A stretch of DNA of 63,528 nucleotides, the filler included, from Hausera hauseri (taxonomy: Eukaryota): assembly GCA_046269625.1 (NCBI GenBank). It is 13 parts of 13 records of this genome, joined end to end, with 100 filler letters (N's around TTAATTAATTAA, not from the genome) between each part and the next. Parts side by side here need not be neighbours in the genome. Positions count along the whole stretch, not along the records: positions 58,622 to 63,528 come from JBJURY010394812.1; 12 more parts are not named here. One strand, written 5' to 3'. Under the pieces are notes generated by a model that saw only the letters and a program-made list of their open reading frames with translations, searched no databases and was not told where the DNA came from. Shown here piece by piece: positions 62,601 to 63,528 of this stretch. Position 1 is the first letter of the stretch; each line of letters starts with the position of its first letter. Both the position numbers and the translations under genes were made by a program.

Positions 62601-63528
62601 GGATATATGAACTGCCCCGCATAGGGGAGTACTTGTGAACAAACACAATAAATATCTTGATGGTTGCCAGAGTCCATCCACTCTTCTTTTCCTGGCTCTC
62701 ATCGACTTCAGTAATCACCTTCGCATGCTCTTCATGCAGCCATTCTATTATATTGGTTGCTTCAAAAATGGGTCTATTTCTGGTCTTGAAGGTCCTTTTG
62801 GACTCTTTGCCATCAAAATTGACGTATGTGGCCTCACGTTTCATATTGATTTTAAGGTCTTTGAGCTCAGTCATATTGTCTTTAAGAATGACTTCTGTTT
62901 CATCCTCTGTGTATTCCAGGAACTCCTTTATGGTTGTTTGACCAGTTGCTTCAATAACATATTTGCTGACTTTTCTTTTTAATGCTGCAGCATTAACTGG
63001 CCGCTGCCTTTGGGTTTTTGGTGGAGTCGGTATGCTTAATGGGCCTGATGCGCCTGATGGGTCTGATGCGCGTTTTAGTCCTGAACCTAGATGTACTGAT
63101 GCATCTGGCTGTATAGATGTATCTAGCTGTACTGCAGGCTGTGCTGCAACTGGCTTATGTTCATTAAAGATGATCTTCTTTAACTTTTATGCGAAGTCAG
63201 TCAAATGATGTTTGTGATCTTTATAAAACTGTATGTATTCTCTATCACATACAGTCTCACTTCCTGGGCAGATGTAATAGATGATCCTATTGAATTTGTC
63301 AAAAATAACTCCTCATAGTATTGTGACAATTCTGGAGGTTGTGTATTGCACATGTGCAATACACATATGAATTTCACCTTTGATTTTTCTTTGGCACGAA
63401 AGTCGTTATTGACATATTGGTACTGAATATTTGTTTTTTCGACCTGGTGAAGGAAATCAAGTGCTGTTTATGGACATTGTAAAAGTCTTCATAATTGGTT
63501 TGGCACACTACCTCGCATATAGGGCATA
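59673..63528 (-). pseudogene. Polinton pPolB copy 3, nearly full length including the N-terminal Cys/His repeats
   Basis: YYICP repeats, KSGWTL, NNDTKCFMYAILS, HYVWI, VFHNLSGYDSHFI, LDANNLYGYAM, KLYNNSVFGK, YMDTDN, PHGH. Frameshifts and stops, plus a 10-N gap at 60861-60870. Confidence 0.92.

Noticed and set aside
5876-63528. Alternative genetic code (TAA/TAG=Gln or TGA=Trp), suggested by stops where Gln or Trp is expected
   Set aside because: The same ORFs contain frameshifts and all three stop types, sister copies have sense codons at those sites, and the TTLL5 exons use CAA and TGG normally. This is ordinary pseudogene decay.

Overview
This window is not one locus. It is 13 separate contigs of about 4-8 kb, joined by an artificial 100-nt spacer (44 N + TTAATTAATTAA + 44 N) at 4387, 8684, 13546, 18067, 22226, 26562, 34415, 38537, 44566, 49326, 54204 and 58522. 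Adjacency across a spacer has no biological meaning. Contig 1 looks like teleost DNA (finTRIM/TRIM16-like exons, CA-rich repeats). The rest looks like an AT-rich animal genome with very short (42-46 nt) GT-AG introns, so it is plausibly a fish parasite assembly carrying host DNA (inference). The sequence is dominated by decayed mobile DNA: (i) Polinton/Maverick (adintovirus-like) pieces, namely three pPolB copies, AGT-starting termini with perfect hairpins, a RING gene, and a module with a TBP-like gene, packaging ATPase, core/pX-like proteins, integrase-chromodomain and two penton paralogues; (ii) CsRn1-type Ty3/gypsy elements whose Gag appears to be preceded by a ubiquitin-like domain ending in RILGG; (iii) other gypsy, Helitron, pogo/Tigger, Tc1, maT (DD37D), mariner, hAT and RLE non-LTR remnants; (iv) intronless, degenerate host-gene fragments (ARMC7, COX10, DDX56, neurexin fused to APC). 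The only apparently intact spliced host gene is part of TTLL5. The best candidates for undescribed biology are the Polinton-encoded TBP-fold protein with a recurrent TATAAACA motif before element genes, and the Ubl-Gag fusion. All assignments come from reading motifs by eye; no database searches were run.
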